64,000 bases of DNA from Treponemataceae bacterium (GTDB lineage Bacteria > Spirochaetota > Spirochaetia > Treponematales > Rectinemataceae). Positions 1 to 10,979 of the stretch are shown here, in pieces. The notes under the pieces were generated by a model that made no database searches, was not told the origin of the DNA, and saw nothing but the letters and a program-made list of their open reading frames with translations. Where the stretch lies: the NCBI GenBank assembly GCA_963678065.2, contig CAXXVZ010000005.1:1184001-1248000 (forward strand). The letters are read 5' to 3'. A program made the translations under genes and the position numbers. Positions within the stretch are counted from its first letter, which is position 1. Each line of letters begins with the position of its first letter.

Positions 1-129
1 GAGACAGCCGTGGGAGCAGCCGCGGTATGGCGAGATCTTGTAGAGGGCCTTGGTGAAGGAATCCGGGGGCCCGCCCCGCTGGAGGGCGGTGCGGGCCCCT
101 ATTGGCCTGGCCGCTGCGGGCAACGTAGT

Positions 130-1299
<1,170 letters not shown>

Positions 1300-1304
1300 G
1301 CGCG

Positions 1305-1430
1305 TCACTCCTTGTATGTGATGGACGGCGAAAATGACGAATTCTGGGGGAATTTCTTGGTTTGAGGGGCGATGGAAAACCGGAGGGGTGGCGGAGGGCC
1401 GCGATCCGGGCCCGATGAAAGGAAAGGCAT
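1305..1430 (-). CDS. putative 41-aa leader peptide between the SAM-II riboswitch and metK
   Basis: AGGAGG then CTGAT then ATG at 1430; open frame [41 protein letters not shown]. The TGA directly follows the metK SD. Confidence 0.45.
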   Translation of the reverse strand: MPFLSSGPDRGPPPPLRFSIAPQTKKFPQNSSFSPSITYKE

Positions 1431-1435
1431 ATCAG

Positions 1436-1492
1436 CCTCCTTTTTAGCGTGTATTTTTTAACCGCCCGCAATAGGGAATAAATCGGCGGTGC
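1436..1492 (-). ncRNA. SAM-II riboswitch
   Basis: Minus strand reads ACCGCC-GATTT-ATTCCCTATTGC-G-GGCGGT-TAAAAAATACAC-GCTAAAAA-GGAGG. It has the P1 stem ACCGCC/GGCGGT plus the GAUUU, UUGC, AAAU and GCUAAA elements of SAM-II, ends in an SD, and lies upstream of metK. Confidence 0.9.
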
Positions 1493-1585
1493 CGGAAACG
1501 CGCGACGGCGTCACGACCGGCTCGGGTGATTGTGCAGACTGCGATTGATTTTATCAAGGGGGGCCCGGAGGCCGACAATCGGAGT

Positions 1586-2533
1586 ATGAAGTTCCTGCGG
1601 TCGGCCCTTCCTGTCTGTCTGTTTTTGATGCTGGCCTCAAGGCTCGCGGCCCAGGTGCCCGTCGCCGTGCTCAGGCCAGTCCAGGCGAGGGAGAAGATCG
1701 TCGACCTTGCGGTTGCATATATCGGGAAGCCATATCGCTACGGGGGCAGCGAGCCATCGGGATTCGACTGCTCGGGTTTCGTGTTTTACGTGTACCGGCA
1801 GGCAGTGGGGGCAAAGCCGCCACGAACCGTCCGGGAACAATGGGACTTCGTCGAAGTGATACCGAAGGATTCCCTCCAGGAAGGCGATCTTGTTTTTTTC
1901 CGCAACGAGGGAGTTATCGACCATGTCGGGATTTATATCGGCGGCAATCTGTTCGTGCATGCCGCTTCCGACAGATTGATACCTGCTGTTATTAAATCAT
2001 CACTAAAAGAGATGTACTGGGCCTCGCGCTTCGCGGGGGCGGGACGGGTTGTGACCGCTTCGGGCGATCTGGGTATCACGGTGCCGGTATCCGCGGCGAT
2101 CGTCCTGTCCAACGGTTCCGGCATTCGCGGGGTCGAGGTGGGTGCGGGGCTGGTCATTCCCCTCTTCGGCGGCGAGCTCGGCGTGGAGCTGAGAGCCGAA
2201 TACGACGCCATGCTGGGAGTGGCGCGCGTCCCCGCTCTCGTCACGCTGAGCCCGGACAAGAGGCTGAAGGTCTTCGCGGGGCCGGCCCTCTGCTTTGGGA
2301 CTCCGATCCTGCGGGAAGGCGGGTCGGAGCGGGAGTACGAGGCGGCCGGCGGCTTTCTTGGGGTGGTGGGGATCTCGTGGAAGCCCGTCTCGTTCAAGGT
2401 CGGAAAGCTGAGGCTGGGGTTCGTGGGAGAAATCGTCTACGAGGGTTACCTGGATGTGAGCGGGCTGGCGCCGGATGGGCTCGCGGACGCGGCGGCGCGG
2501 CTCAGGATAGGCTTCGGCGTCGAGATCCGGTGA
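1586..2533 (+). CDS. NlpC/P60 (C40) cell-wall peptidase with signal peptide and beta-strand-rich C-terminal domain
   Basis: PYRYGG...GFDCSGFV, GDLVFF, DHVGIY, FVHA motifs; hydrophobic N-terminus MKFLRSALPVCLFLMLAS. Confidence 0.85.
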   Translation: MKFLRSALPVCLFLMLASRLAAQVPVAVLRPVQAREKIVDLAVAYIGKPYRYGGSEPSGFDCSGFVFYVYRQAVGAKPPRTVREQWDFVEVIPKDSLQEGDLVFFRNEGVIDHVGIYIGGNLFVHAASDRLIPAVIKSSLKEMYWASRFAGAGRVVTASGDLGITVPVSAAIVLSNGSGIRGVEVGAGLVIPLFGGELGVELRAEYDAMLGVARVPALVTLSPDKRLKVFAGPALCFGTPILREGGSEREYEAAGGFLGVVGISWKPVSFKVGKLRLGFVGEIVYEGYLDVSGLAPDGLADAAARLRIGFGVEIR

Positions 2534-2606
2534 GGCAGAGAGCCGATCCGCCGTGACACGAAGCGTCGATCCGGTCTAGACTGCCCTCCCGACAGGGGGT
2601 GGACAG

Positions 2607-4196
2607 ATGGGCGGAAACGCGGCGACGACCGGGCCGAAGGCATTCGACAACGAAAAATACCTGGCGGAACAGGCTTCCTACATCCGTGAACGGATGAAGC
2701 GCTTTGAAGGGCGACTGTACCTCGAATTCGGCGGAAAGCTGTTGGGCGATTTCCACGCGGCGCGCGTGCTTCCGGGTTACGACCCGAACGTGAAGATTCG
2801 CCTCCTCAAAGAGCTCGAGCGCGACGCCGAAATCGTCCTGTGCATCCACGCGGGCGCGATCGAGCACAGGAAGATCCGCGCCGACTACGGGATCACCTAC
2901 GACGCCGACGCGATGCGCCTCATAGACGACCTCGGCGAGTGGGGACTCTCCGTCTCCGCCGTCGTCATTACGCGCTGGGAAGGACAGCCCCAGGCTACGG
3001 CATTCAGAACCAAGCTCGAGAACCGGGGCATGCGGGTGTACACGCACGCCCCGACGCGAGGCTACCCGACCGACACGGACAGGATCGTCTCGGACGAAGG
3101 CTACGGGGCCAACCCGCGCATCGAGACGACGAAGCCCCTCGTCGTCGTGACCGGACCCGGACCCGGCTCGGGCAAGATGGCGACCTGCCTCTCGCAGGTC
3201 TACCACGATCACAAACTCGGCATGAAGTCGATGTACGCCAAGTTCGAGACCTTCCCTATCTGGAACCTTCCGCTCAAGCATCCGGTGAACACAGCCTACG
3301 AAGCGGCCACTCTCGACCTCAAGGACTTCAATCTCATCGACCCATTCCACCTCGAAGCCACAGGGCAGACTTCGATCAATTACAACCGGGATGTCGAGTC
3401 CTTCCCTATCCTGCGCGAGATCCTGGAGAGGATCACGGGCGAGAAGGGAGCCTACAAGTCACCGACCGATATGGGCGTGAATCGGGCCGGTTTCGCGATC
3501 GTCGACGACGAGGCGGCGCGCGAGGCGGCGAAGCAGGAAGTCGTGAGACGGTATTTCCGCTGCGCCACCGAGTATGCCATGGGCATGGCCGACCGCGATT
3601 CGCTGTCGCGCGCGGAGAGACTCCTCGTGGAGCTCAGGATCACGCCCGAGTACCGCAAGGTCGTATCGGCCGCGAGGGCGGCGACCACCGAGACGGAGAA
3701 GTCGGGCGAAGGCGATGTTGGTGTCGTGGGCGGGATCGGCGGCGGGAGCGGGAAAACCGAACTCGGGGATTCGCGGGTTTCCGTCGGGGCTGCCCTCGAA
3801 CTGCCGACAGGAGAGATCGTGACAGGGAAGAATTCCCAGTACCTCCACGCGGCGACGGCGGCCATCCTGAACGGAATCAAGCAGCTCGCTGGCTTGCCTG
3901 ACTACATCCACCTGCTCTCACCCCTCGTAATCGAGTCCATCGGGAAATTCAAGAAAGAGATCGCGAAGGGCAAGGGCGCGAGCCTCGATGTCGACGAGGC
4001 CCTGATCGCCCTCGCCATCAGTTCGACGCTGACGCCCATGGTGTCGGCCTGCGTGGACAGGCTGGGCTCCCTCAGGGGCTGCCAGATGCACCTCACGCAC
4101 ATGCCGACGCCGGGCGACGAGGCAGGCCTGCGGAGGCTCGGCATAAACCTGACCTCCGACCCGGAGCACGCGTCGAAGCGGCTGTTCGTGGAGTGA
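2607..4196 (+). CDS. DUF1846 / UPF0371 family protein
   Basis: FDNEKYL, LYLEFGGKL, PGPGSGKMATCLSQ P-loop, YAKFETFPIWNLPLKHPVN, SPTDMGVN. Confidence 0.9.
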   Translation: MGGNAATTGPKAFDNEKYLAEQASYIRERMKRFEGRLYLEFGGKLLGDFHAARVLPGYDPNVKIRLLKELERDAEIVLCIHAGAIEHRKIRADYGITYDADAMRLIDDLGEWGLSVSAVVITRWEGQPQATAFRTKLENRGMRVYTHAPTRGYPTDTDRIVSDEGYGANPRIETTKPLVVVTGPGPGSGKMATCLSQVYHDHKLGMKSMYAKFETFPIWNLPLKHPVNTAYEAATLDLKDFNLIDPFHLEATGQTSINYNRDVESFPILREILERITGEKGAYKSPTDMGVNRAGFAIVDDEAAREAAKQEVVRRYFRCATEYAMGMADRDSLSRAERLLVELRITPEYRKVVSAARAATTETEKSGEGDVGVVGGIGGGSGKTELGDSRVSVGAALELPTGEIVTGKNSQYLHAATAAILNGIKQLAGLPDYIHLLSPLVIESIGKFKKEIAKGKGASLDVDEALIALAISSTLTPMVSACVDRLGSLRGCQMHLTHMPTPGDEAGLRRLGINLTSDPEHASKRLFVE

Positions 4197-4199
4197 TGC

Positions 4200-5375
4200 C
4201 TACATGGCGGCGAGGGCCTGACTGAGGTCGGCGATCAGGGCTTCGGGATTCTCGAGGCCGACATGGATGCGCACGAGTCCGGTCCGGTCGGGTGGGATGG
4301 GGCTGGATGGGCCCGCGTCCTCCAGGGGCGCCGGGTAGCGGACGGCGTCGGGGCAGACGAGGCTCTCGTAGCCGCCCCAGCTCACCGCCCGCTTGAAGTA
4401 GCGCAGCGAATCGGTGAAGCGCCTCACGGCCCCGAGGTCCTCTGTTCGCAGATTGAACGAGAACAGTCCTGAGCCGCCGCGCATCTGGGCGCGGGCGAGC
4501 TCGGTGTCCGGATAACCCTCCAGGAAAGGGTAATTCACTTTCGCGACAGCGGGGTGGGTGGAGAGGGCGCGGGCGACAGCCAGGGCGTTGGCGAAGTGGA
4601 CGGGCATGCGGACTTCCAGCGTGCGCATGCCGCGCAGAAGGAGCCAGGCCATCATCGGGTCGGCCACAGTCCCGAGCTGAAGAAATTCCTGCCGCTTTAT
4701 GAGGTCGATGTCCGCCTTCGATCCGATAATCGCGCCCGCGACGAGATCGCTGTGCCCGCCGAGATATTTGCTCGCGGAATGCAGGACGAGGTCGATTCCG
4801 AAATCGATGGGGTTGCAGAATATCGGTGTGCACCAGGTGTTGTCGATGACGGTCCTGATGCCGCGGCTGCGCGCCATGGCCGCGACCGCGGCGAGATCCT
4901 GGAGTTTGAAGGTGAAGGTCGTCGGACTCTCGAGGTAGATGACTTTCGTTTCGGGCCTGATGGCGGCGCGGATTTCTTCAGGATCGCGTCCTTCGACGAA
5001 GGTGGCGGTCACGCCGAAGCGCGGCAGGTAGGACGCGAGGAGCGTGCGGGCCCACGAGTAGCAATCTTCGACGCAGACGACGTGGTCTCCCGATTCCACG
5101 AAGGCCATGACGGAGTGCGAGATGGCCGCCGCCCCGGCGCCGAGGAGCTTCGCGCTCTCGCCGTGCTCGAGAGCGGCGAGTTTTTCCTCGACGAGCATGA
5201 CGGTGGGATTGTTCCCGCGGGTGTAGAGACAGTGTTCGCCTTCGTCGGTGAGCGCGCGATTGAATGAGTCGAAGTCGGGGAAGCAGAAGTTCGAGGTCTG
5301 AAACACGGGCGGGCTGACAGCGTTGAGGGGCAGATCGTCTTCGCCCATGTGGTGGAGAATGTAGCTTGTTTCCAT
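4200..5375 (-). CDS. PLP-dependent transsulfuration enzyme (cystathionine gamma-synthase/beta-lyase/Met gamma-lyase family)
   Basis: YTRGNNPT, IDNTW, HSASKYLGGHSD (PLP lysine), SWGGYESL, RIHVGLE. Confidence 0.9.
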   Translation of the reverse strand: METSYILHHMGEDDLPLNAVSPPVFQTSNFCFPDFDSFNRALTDEGEHCLYTRGNNPTVMLVEEKLAALEHGESAKLLGAGAAAISHSVMAFVESGDHVVCVEDCYSWARTLLASYLPRFGVTATFVEGRDPEEIRAAIRPETKVIYLESPTTFTFKLQDLAAVAAMARSRGIRTVIDNTWCTPIFCNPIDFGIDLVLHSASKYLGGHSDLVAGAIIGSKADIDLIKRQEFLQLGTVADPMMAWLLLRGMRTLEVRMPVHFANALAVARALSTHPAVAKVNYPFLEGYPDTELARAQMRGGSGLFSFNLRTEDLGAVRRFTDSLRYFKRAVSWGGYESLVCPDAVRYPAPLEDAGPSSPIPPDRTGLVRIHVGLENPEALIADLSQALAAM

Positions 5376-5500
5376 GATTGTCCTTCCTTGTTTTGCGCGT
5401 TGAAGCGGCGCTCGGGCCAGAATCGTGGCTTCAGGCTCAGACCCGAATACGCGAGAGTCGTTTTTCGTGCATGATCGTCGATTTTCTCATACAAAGTGTT

Positions 5501-5529
5501 TTTTACAAAGCGGAAAAACAGGCTATACT
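5501..5529 (+). promoter_or_regulatory. putative sigma70 promoter of glpK
   Basis: TTTACA (5502-5507), 16 nt spacer, TATACT (5524-5529), in an AT-rich intergenic patch. Confidence 0.5.
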
Positions 5530-5569
5530 GTGGCGTTTCCGAAAACCATCTCGAAGCATGGAGCGCGGC

Positions 5570-7063
5570 ATGGCAGTCAAGGAACAGACCTATATTCTCG
5601 CCCTGGACCAGGGCACCACATCGTCCCGGGCGATTCTTTTCAACAAAGCCGGCGTGGTCATCGGCCAGAAGCAGATTCCCTTCACGCAGATATTCCCGAA
5701 GCCGGGCTGGGTCGAGCACGATCCCGAGGAGATATGGAGGACGCAGTTCGAGGCCGCCAAAGGCGTGATCGAGGCCGCTCAGATCGAGGGAGACCAGATC
5801 GCGGCCATCGGGATCACGAATCAGCGCGAGACAGCCGTGCTCTGGGACCGCAAGACGGGCGCGCCGGTCTACAACGCCATTGTCTGGCAGTGCAGGCGCT
5901 CGGCCGAGATCTGCCAGGAGCTGCGCGCCCTCGGACTTTCGCAGATGGTGAAGGACAAGACAGGTCTCATCCTCGACCCCTACTTCTCCGGCACCAAGCT
6001 CATGTGGCTCTTCGACGAAGTTCCGGGCCTGCGCGAGCGGGCCGAGCACGGCGAAATCATGTTCGGGACGGTGGACTCCTGGCTCATCTACAAACTTACC
6101 GGCAAACATCTCACCGACCCGACAAACGCGAGCCGGACCCTCCTCTTCAACATCCACGAGAGGCGCTGGGACCCTGAACTTCTCGCGCAGTTCAGGATTC
6201 CCGAATCCATTCTGCCCGAAGTGAGGCCGAGTTCCGGACTCCTCGGCATGGCTCGCGCGGAACTTTTCGGGGCCGAGATTCCGGTCGCAGGATGCGCGGG
6301 AGACCAGCAGGCGGCGCTCTTCGGGCACGCCTGCTTCGAGCCGGGCATGGCCAAGAACACATACGGTACAGGCTGTTTCACCCTTATGAACACAGGGGCC
6401 TTCCCCGTCGCGTCGAGCCACAATCTTCTCACGACGGTGGCCTGGGACTTGGGCAAAGGATACACTTACGCCCTCGAGGGCTCGGTCTTCATCGCCGGCG
6501 CCGTCATTCAGTGGCTGCGCGACCAGATGGGCCTCGTGACTGATTCCGCGGAGAGCGAGAAGCTCGCCCGCTCGGTGGATGACACGGGCGAGGTCTACAT
6601 AGTGCCGGCCTTCGTGGGGCTTGGCGCACCCTACTGGGATTCCGAGGCGCGCGGCACCATCGTCGGCCTCACACGCGGAACGACGAAGGCTCATTTCGTG
6701 CGGGCCGCCCTCGAATCCATCGCCTACCAGTCGCTCGACCTTCTCGACGCGATGGAGAAAGATTTTGGCAGGCAGATTCCTCTCATCAAGGCGGACGGCG
6801 GCGCCTCGGCGAACAGCTTTCTCATGCAATTCCAGGCGGACATCCTGGACCGCTCCGTCGTACTGCCAGAGGTGGGCGAGACGACGGCCCTCGGCGCCGC
6901 CTACCTTGCGGGACTCGCGACGGGATACTGGGAGAGCACGGCGGATGTCGAACGGAACTGGCGGATGCGGCGCGAATTCCGCTCCGAGATGTCCGCCGAA
7001 AAGCGCGCGAAACTCGTCGACCAGTGGCACAAGGCTGTCGGGACGGCGCGGACCTACCGCTAG
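5570..7063 (+). CDS. glpK: glycerol kinase
   Basis: [52 protein letters not shown] motifs. Confidence 0.97.
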   Translation: MAVKEQTYILALDQGTTSSRAILFNKAGVVIGQKQIPFTQIFPKPGWVEHDPEEIWRTQFEAAKGVIEAAQIEGDQIAAIGITNQRETAVLWDRKTGAPVYNAIVWQCRRSAEICQELRALGLSQMVKDKTGLILDPYFSGTKLMWLFDEVPGLRERAEHGEIMFGTVDSWLIYKLTGKHLTDPTNASRTLLFNIHERRWDPELLAQFRIPESILPEVRPSSGLLGMARAELFGAEIPVAGCAGDQQAALFGHACFEPGMAKNTYGTGCFTLMNTGAFPVASSHNLLTTVAWDLGKGYTYALEGSVFIAGAVIQWLRDQMGLVTDSAESEKLARSVDDTGEVYIVPAFVGLGAPYWDSEARGTIVGLTRGTTKAHFVRAALESIAYQSLDLLDAMEKDFGRQIPLIKADGGASANSFLMQFQADILDRSVVLPEVGETTALGAAYLAGLATGYWESTADVERNWRMRREFRSEMSAEKRAKLVDQWHKAVGTARTYR

Positions 7064-7266
7064 CAGGGAGCGGCGCTTGGCGCGATGAGGCGGAGGCCGT
7101 TGGGGCGCAGCCTGCGCCACGCTGAACGAAGAACCGGTGACCGCGGGCGAAACGGGCTGAGGCCCAGCCTCCGCGCGAAGGGCCCCGCTTCGGATAGCCC
7201 GAGCTGCGTCTTGGCTTCCGGCGCCCCGCTCTGAGGTGGTATAGTCATCCGGACAAGGAGACGAGC

Positions 7267-7755
7267 ATGAATATCGAATCGGTGCGGCTCGTGTGGAGCG
7301 AAGGCTGCAACATCGTTGTCGGGCAGTCGCATTTCATAAAGACGGTCGAGGATATAGGCGAAATAATGGCAAGCTCCCTGCCTGGCGCGAAATGGGGGCT
7401 GGCATTCAATGAGGCTTCGGGACCCTGCCTCGTCCGGACTGAGGGCAGCGATGCGGCGCTCGTCGCCGACGCGGTGGCCTGCGCGAAAGCCACCGGGGCG
7501 GGGCATACTTTCTACCTGGTTCTGGGACCGGGAGCCTTCCCGATCAACGTACTCGACCGGATCAGGAATTGCCCCGAAGTCTGCCACATCTTCTGCGCCA
7601 CCGGAAATCCGCTCGAGGCCATAGTGGCGAGGACAGAGCAGGGCGCGGGCATTCTCGGCGTAGTGGACGGCTTCTCGCCCGCGGGCGTGGAAGGGCTGCA
7701 GGAGACCGCGGACAGGAAGGCCATGCTGAGAAAATTCGGATACAAGTATTGTTGA
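7267..7755 (+). CDS. adenosine-specific kinase family protein (DUF355)
   Basis: GQSHFIKTVED, GLAFNEASGPCLVR, FPINVL, IFCATGNP, GVVDG, RKFGYK; preceded by AAGGAG. Confidence 0.85.
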   Translation: MNIESVRLVWSEGCNIVVGQSHFIKTVEDIGEIMASSLPGAKWGLAFNEASGPCLVRTEGSDAALVADAVACAKATGAGHTFYLVLGPGAFPINVLDRIRNCPEVCHIFCATGNPLEAIVARTEQGAGILGVVDGFSPAGVEGLQETADRKAMLRKFGYKYC

Positions 7756-7860
7756 ATAGCCCAGGCGGGCCCGGCGTGGCGGAGACTCAGAGGCAGGCAG
7801 CCTCAGGTTTGGCCGCGGCTCTGGTCGCCACGCATGAAATATAGACTGTCCATTGGAGGA

Positions 7861-8748
7861 ATGATGAGTCCCGAAAATGATATCCTCGGTTTTGTCGGTC
7901 TCGGCGTCATGGGCACGAGTATGGCGGGCCATCTCATGAAGGCCGGCTACACCGTGCACATCTATACGAGGTCCAAGTCCAAGGCCTCCGCGCTTCTGGA
8001 CGCCGGGGCTGTCTGGCATGACGATCCCGCCGGCGTGGCGCGCGCCTGCTCCGTCGCCTTCACCATGGTGGGTTATCCCTCCGACGTGGAGTCGGTCTAT
8101 TTCGGCCCGGCGGGGCTCATCGCCAACGCGCGTCCCGGCACGATTCTCGTCGACACGACCACGTCGAGGCCTGATCTCGCGGCGAGAATTTACGCGGCCG
8201 CCAAGGCTGCGGGGCTCGGCGCTCTGGACGCTCCCGTCTCGGGAGGGGACATCGGTGCGAAGAACGCAACCCTCACGATCATGGTCGGCGGGGATGAGGC
8301 GGACTTCGAAACGGTCAGGCCGCTTCTGGAAATCATGGGCAAAACCGTGATACGGCAAGGAAAGGCCGGGGCGGGCCAGCACACGAAAATGGCCAACCAG
8401 ATCGCGATCGCGGGCAACCTCGCGGGAGCCGTCGAGGCCGTGACATACGCCCGATCCGCCGGGCTCGATCCCCGGACGGTGCTCCTCAGCATCGCCAACG
8501 GTTCGGCGGGAAGCTGGCAGCTCTCCAATATGGTTCCACGCATGCTCGACGGCAATTTCGCCCCCGGCTTCTACGTGAAACACTTCCTGAAAGACCTGCG
8601 CATCGCCGTGGATTCCGCCCGCGCGATGGGCATCAGGCTGCCCCTGCTCGACCTCGCCGAGTCGATGTTCGCGAAGCTGGAAGAGGGCGGGTTTGGCGAG
8701 AACGGCACCCACGCACTGTATCTCCTGTACGAGCGGGGCTTGATCTAG
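7861..8748 (+). CDS. NAD(P)-dependent beta-hydroxyacid dehydrogenase (3-hydroxyisobutyrate/tartronate-semialdehyde reductase family)
   Basis: GFVGLGVMG Rossmann motif, DAPVSGG, GQHTKMANQ, FLKDL. Confidence 0.9.
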   Translation: MMSPENDILGFVGLGVMGTSMAGHLMKAGYTVHIYTRSKSKASALLDAGAVWHDDPAGVARACSVAFTMVGYPSDVESVYFGPAGLIANARPGTILVDTTTSRPDLAARIYAAAKAAGLGALDAPVSGGDIGAKNATLTIMVGGDEADFETVRPLLEIMGKTVIRQGKAGAGQHTKMANQIAIAGNLAGAVEAVTYARSAGLDPRTVLLSIANGSAGSWQLSNMVPRMLDGNFAPGFYVKHFLKDLRIAVDSARAMGIRLPLLDLAESMFAKLEEGGFGENGTHALYLLYERGLI

Positions 8749-9828
8749 GTGCCGGAATCCCGGAAGGCCGCCTTCGGTCCCGCCCCGACATCGGTTGTCT
8801 CCCACGGCAGGTTCGCGACCGGCAGATTCGGAACTCTTTTCCGCGATACGGGGATGCTCAGGGTCGGCAGGCCCTACCACTACCCCATCCCGGAGTTCGT
8901 CAAGGATCTCAGGCTGAAGGAATGGCAGGCGTTTCAATTCGGAGACAACCGCTGGTACTTCTTCTGCTCGATCTACAACGCAAAGCTTCTGACCCTTGTA
9001 GAGTTCCAGGCCTACGACAGGTCGACAAAAAAGCGGTATTCCGCGCGGCGGGTCCTCCCCGGAGCAAAGATCCCGGTTCCTGACACACTCTTCGGATCGT
9101 CCCTGCGATATTCGGGGAAACATCTGTATCTCGCTTTTTCCGCCTCGCTGAAATCCGGCCCGGGCACGAGGCAATACGGCAGCATCGGCATCGATATATG
9201 GAAATCCGACAGACGGGGGAGCCCCGGCTTCGAAGGGAAGTTCAACCTCGCCTTCGACACCGATATGTGTACCCCGAACGTCGTCTGCCTGCCTTTCGGA
9301 CTCAACAGATCCATGTACTCCGCCAAATTGCTCCTTCCGATGGAAGGCTGGTTCCGTTCGGCGGGGGTGGAGACGGCCTTCTCCGGGCCGGCATCGCTCG
9401 GCATCATGGATGACCACAAGGGATATTATCCCTGGCGCCTGCGCTACGATTGGGTGACTGGCTTCGGCGTCGATGGGCAGGGACACAAGATAGGATTCAA
9501 CCTCACGGACAACCAGGTGCGCGACCAGACTAAGTACAACGAGAACTGCATCTGGATCGACGGCCAACTGTGGCCTCTGCCGCCTGTGAAGGTTACGCGG
9601 CCCAACGGACCGGCCGGAGAATGGATCATCCAGGACATGGAGGGGCTCGTTGACCTCGTATTTGTTCCTGAGGTTCCGAACGATATCAGGATCCGGGCCA
9701 TCGTGATCGAATCCGAGTACCACGGCCCCTTCGGTTCATTCAAAGGGGAAATAAAAAATGGCGAGGGAAGCCGGACGGACGCCTCGATCTTCTACGGCAT
9801 GGGCGAACAGCAATACCTGAGGATCTGA
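8749..9828 (+). CDS. DUF2804-like protein
   Basis: RLKEWQ, DDHKGYYP..YDW, GFNLTDNQ, NENCIWIDG, GPFGSFKG, GMGE motifs; GTG start immediately follows the upstream stop. Confidence 0.7.
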   Translation: MPESRKAAFGPAPTSVVSHGRFATGRFGTLFRDTGMLRVGRPYHYPIPEFVKDLRLKEWQAFQFGDNRWYFFCSIYNAKLLTLVEFQAYDRSTKKRYSARRVLPGAKIPVPDTLFGSSLRYSGKHLYLAFSASLKSGPGTRQYGSIGIDIWKSDRRGSPGFEGKFNLAFDTDMCTPNVVCLPFGLNRSMYSAKLLLPMEGWFRSAGVETAFSGPASLGIMDDHKGYYPWRLRYDWVTGFGVDGQGHKIGFNLTDNQVRDQTKYNENCIWIDGQLWPLPPVKVTRPNGPAGEWIIQDMEGLVDLVFVPEVPNDIRIRAIVIESEYHGPFGSFKGEIKNGEGSRTDASIFYGMGEQQYLRI

Positions 9829-9869
9829 GAGCCGGGGCTGGAGACCTAGGCCGAGTCCCCCAAACGGTT

Positions 9870-10739
9870 TCAGAGCGTCTTGCCTGATCTGAGTTTTTCC
9901 TCGAAACGTTCCAGTTCCTTGCCTTTCAGCGCTGTGACTCCTGTTCCGGATCCCCTGTCGGCGTCCGGATCGGCAGGAGCGAGCCTGCGTCTGAGCTCTG
10001 CGAACTCGGCCTCCGAGAAGCGCACGCCGTTCAGCAGGTGCCGCTCGAAGCTGGCCGTGGCGGCAGGCGCCACAGCCCGGGTCATATCGAGGAGGACAGC
10101 CGCGTACTCGCGGATTTCCCGCTGGGCATGGGCGTCGAGCCTGAGCCCGATGAAGTGGAAGAGGTTGTGCAGATCGATCTGCCAGTACCATTCGGTGTAG
10201 AGGGAGAGGGGAAGGTTGACGCGGGCGAGTTCGCGGGCGAGACCTTCGTCGACGAGTTCGCGGTATTCCGTGTAGGCTGATTTCTGTCCCTCGCCGAGCC
10301 GGCCGATGACGCTGCGCGCGCGTTCCGGATCGACGGCCTCGTCGAGGCGGCCCTGCTTGTTGTCCTCGCTCTGGAGGGCGACGGCATCTTCGGAGGGAAG
10401 ATAGAACTCGTCCTTCATGATCGAGTACCGGCCGGAGACCTCGTTGACTCTGGCCGTGCGGTGCCTGATCCACTGGCGGGCGACGAAGATCGGCAGTTTT
10501 ATGTGGAAGGTGAGGATAACCTGCTCGAATGGCGAGGTGTGTTCGTGGCGCAAGAGATAGTCGATGAGACCAGCGTCCTCACGGTACGATTTGGTGCCCG
10601 CTCCGTAGGAAACCCGGGCAGACTGGACGATCCGGTCGTCTCCGCCAAGATAATCGACGAGGCGCACGAAGCCTTTGTCGAGAACCTTGAATTCCTTATC
10701 CAGAATTTCTTCGGCCGCGGGGACTGTGCAGTGTGCCAT
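9870..10739 (-). CDS. thyX: FAD-dependent thymidylate synthase
   Basis: HTSPFE, PIFVARQWIRHRTARVNEVSGRY (RHR-x7-SxR motif), ELAR, HAQREIR. Confidence 0.95.
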   Translation of the reverse strand: MAHCTVPAAEEILDKEFKVLDKGFVRLVDYLGGDDRIVQSARVSYGAGTKSYREDAGLIDYLLRHEHTSPFEQVILTFHIKLPIFVARQWIRHRTARVNEVSGRYSIMKDEFYLPSEDAVALQSEDNKQGRLDEAVDPERARSVIGRLGEGQKSAYTEYRELVDEGLARELARVNLPLSLYTEWYWQIDLHNLFHFIGLRLDAHAQREIREYAAVLLDMTRAVAPAATASFERHLLNGVRFSEAEFAELRRRLAPADPDADRGSGTGVTALKGKELERFEEKLRSGKTL

Positions 10740-10979
10740 GGTATCATCCCGAAATAAATGATTGTGCGCGGAGCGGAGCTCCGGCCGGAAGGTCCGTGAC
10801 GGACCGGCCATTTGTCCTGTATAGCACAGGAGCGCGATATCGTCGACCCGAAAGGTCCCGGCAGCGGATGCGATGCCTGACCGGTTTTCGGGAAACTAAG
10901 GATGCGCGAGAATTCTCGGTGCGAAGCTTGACCAGGCCGCGGTTCTCCCCGAGAATTATATGCCGGAACGGAGGCAGAG

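Noticed and set aside
7064..7250. Possible structured ncRNA in the GC-rich gap after glpK
   Set aside because: Only short hairpins expected by chance at this GC content; no recognisable family motif and no second copy noticed.
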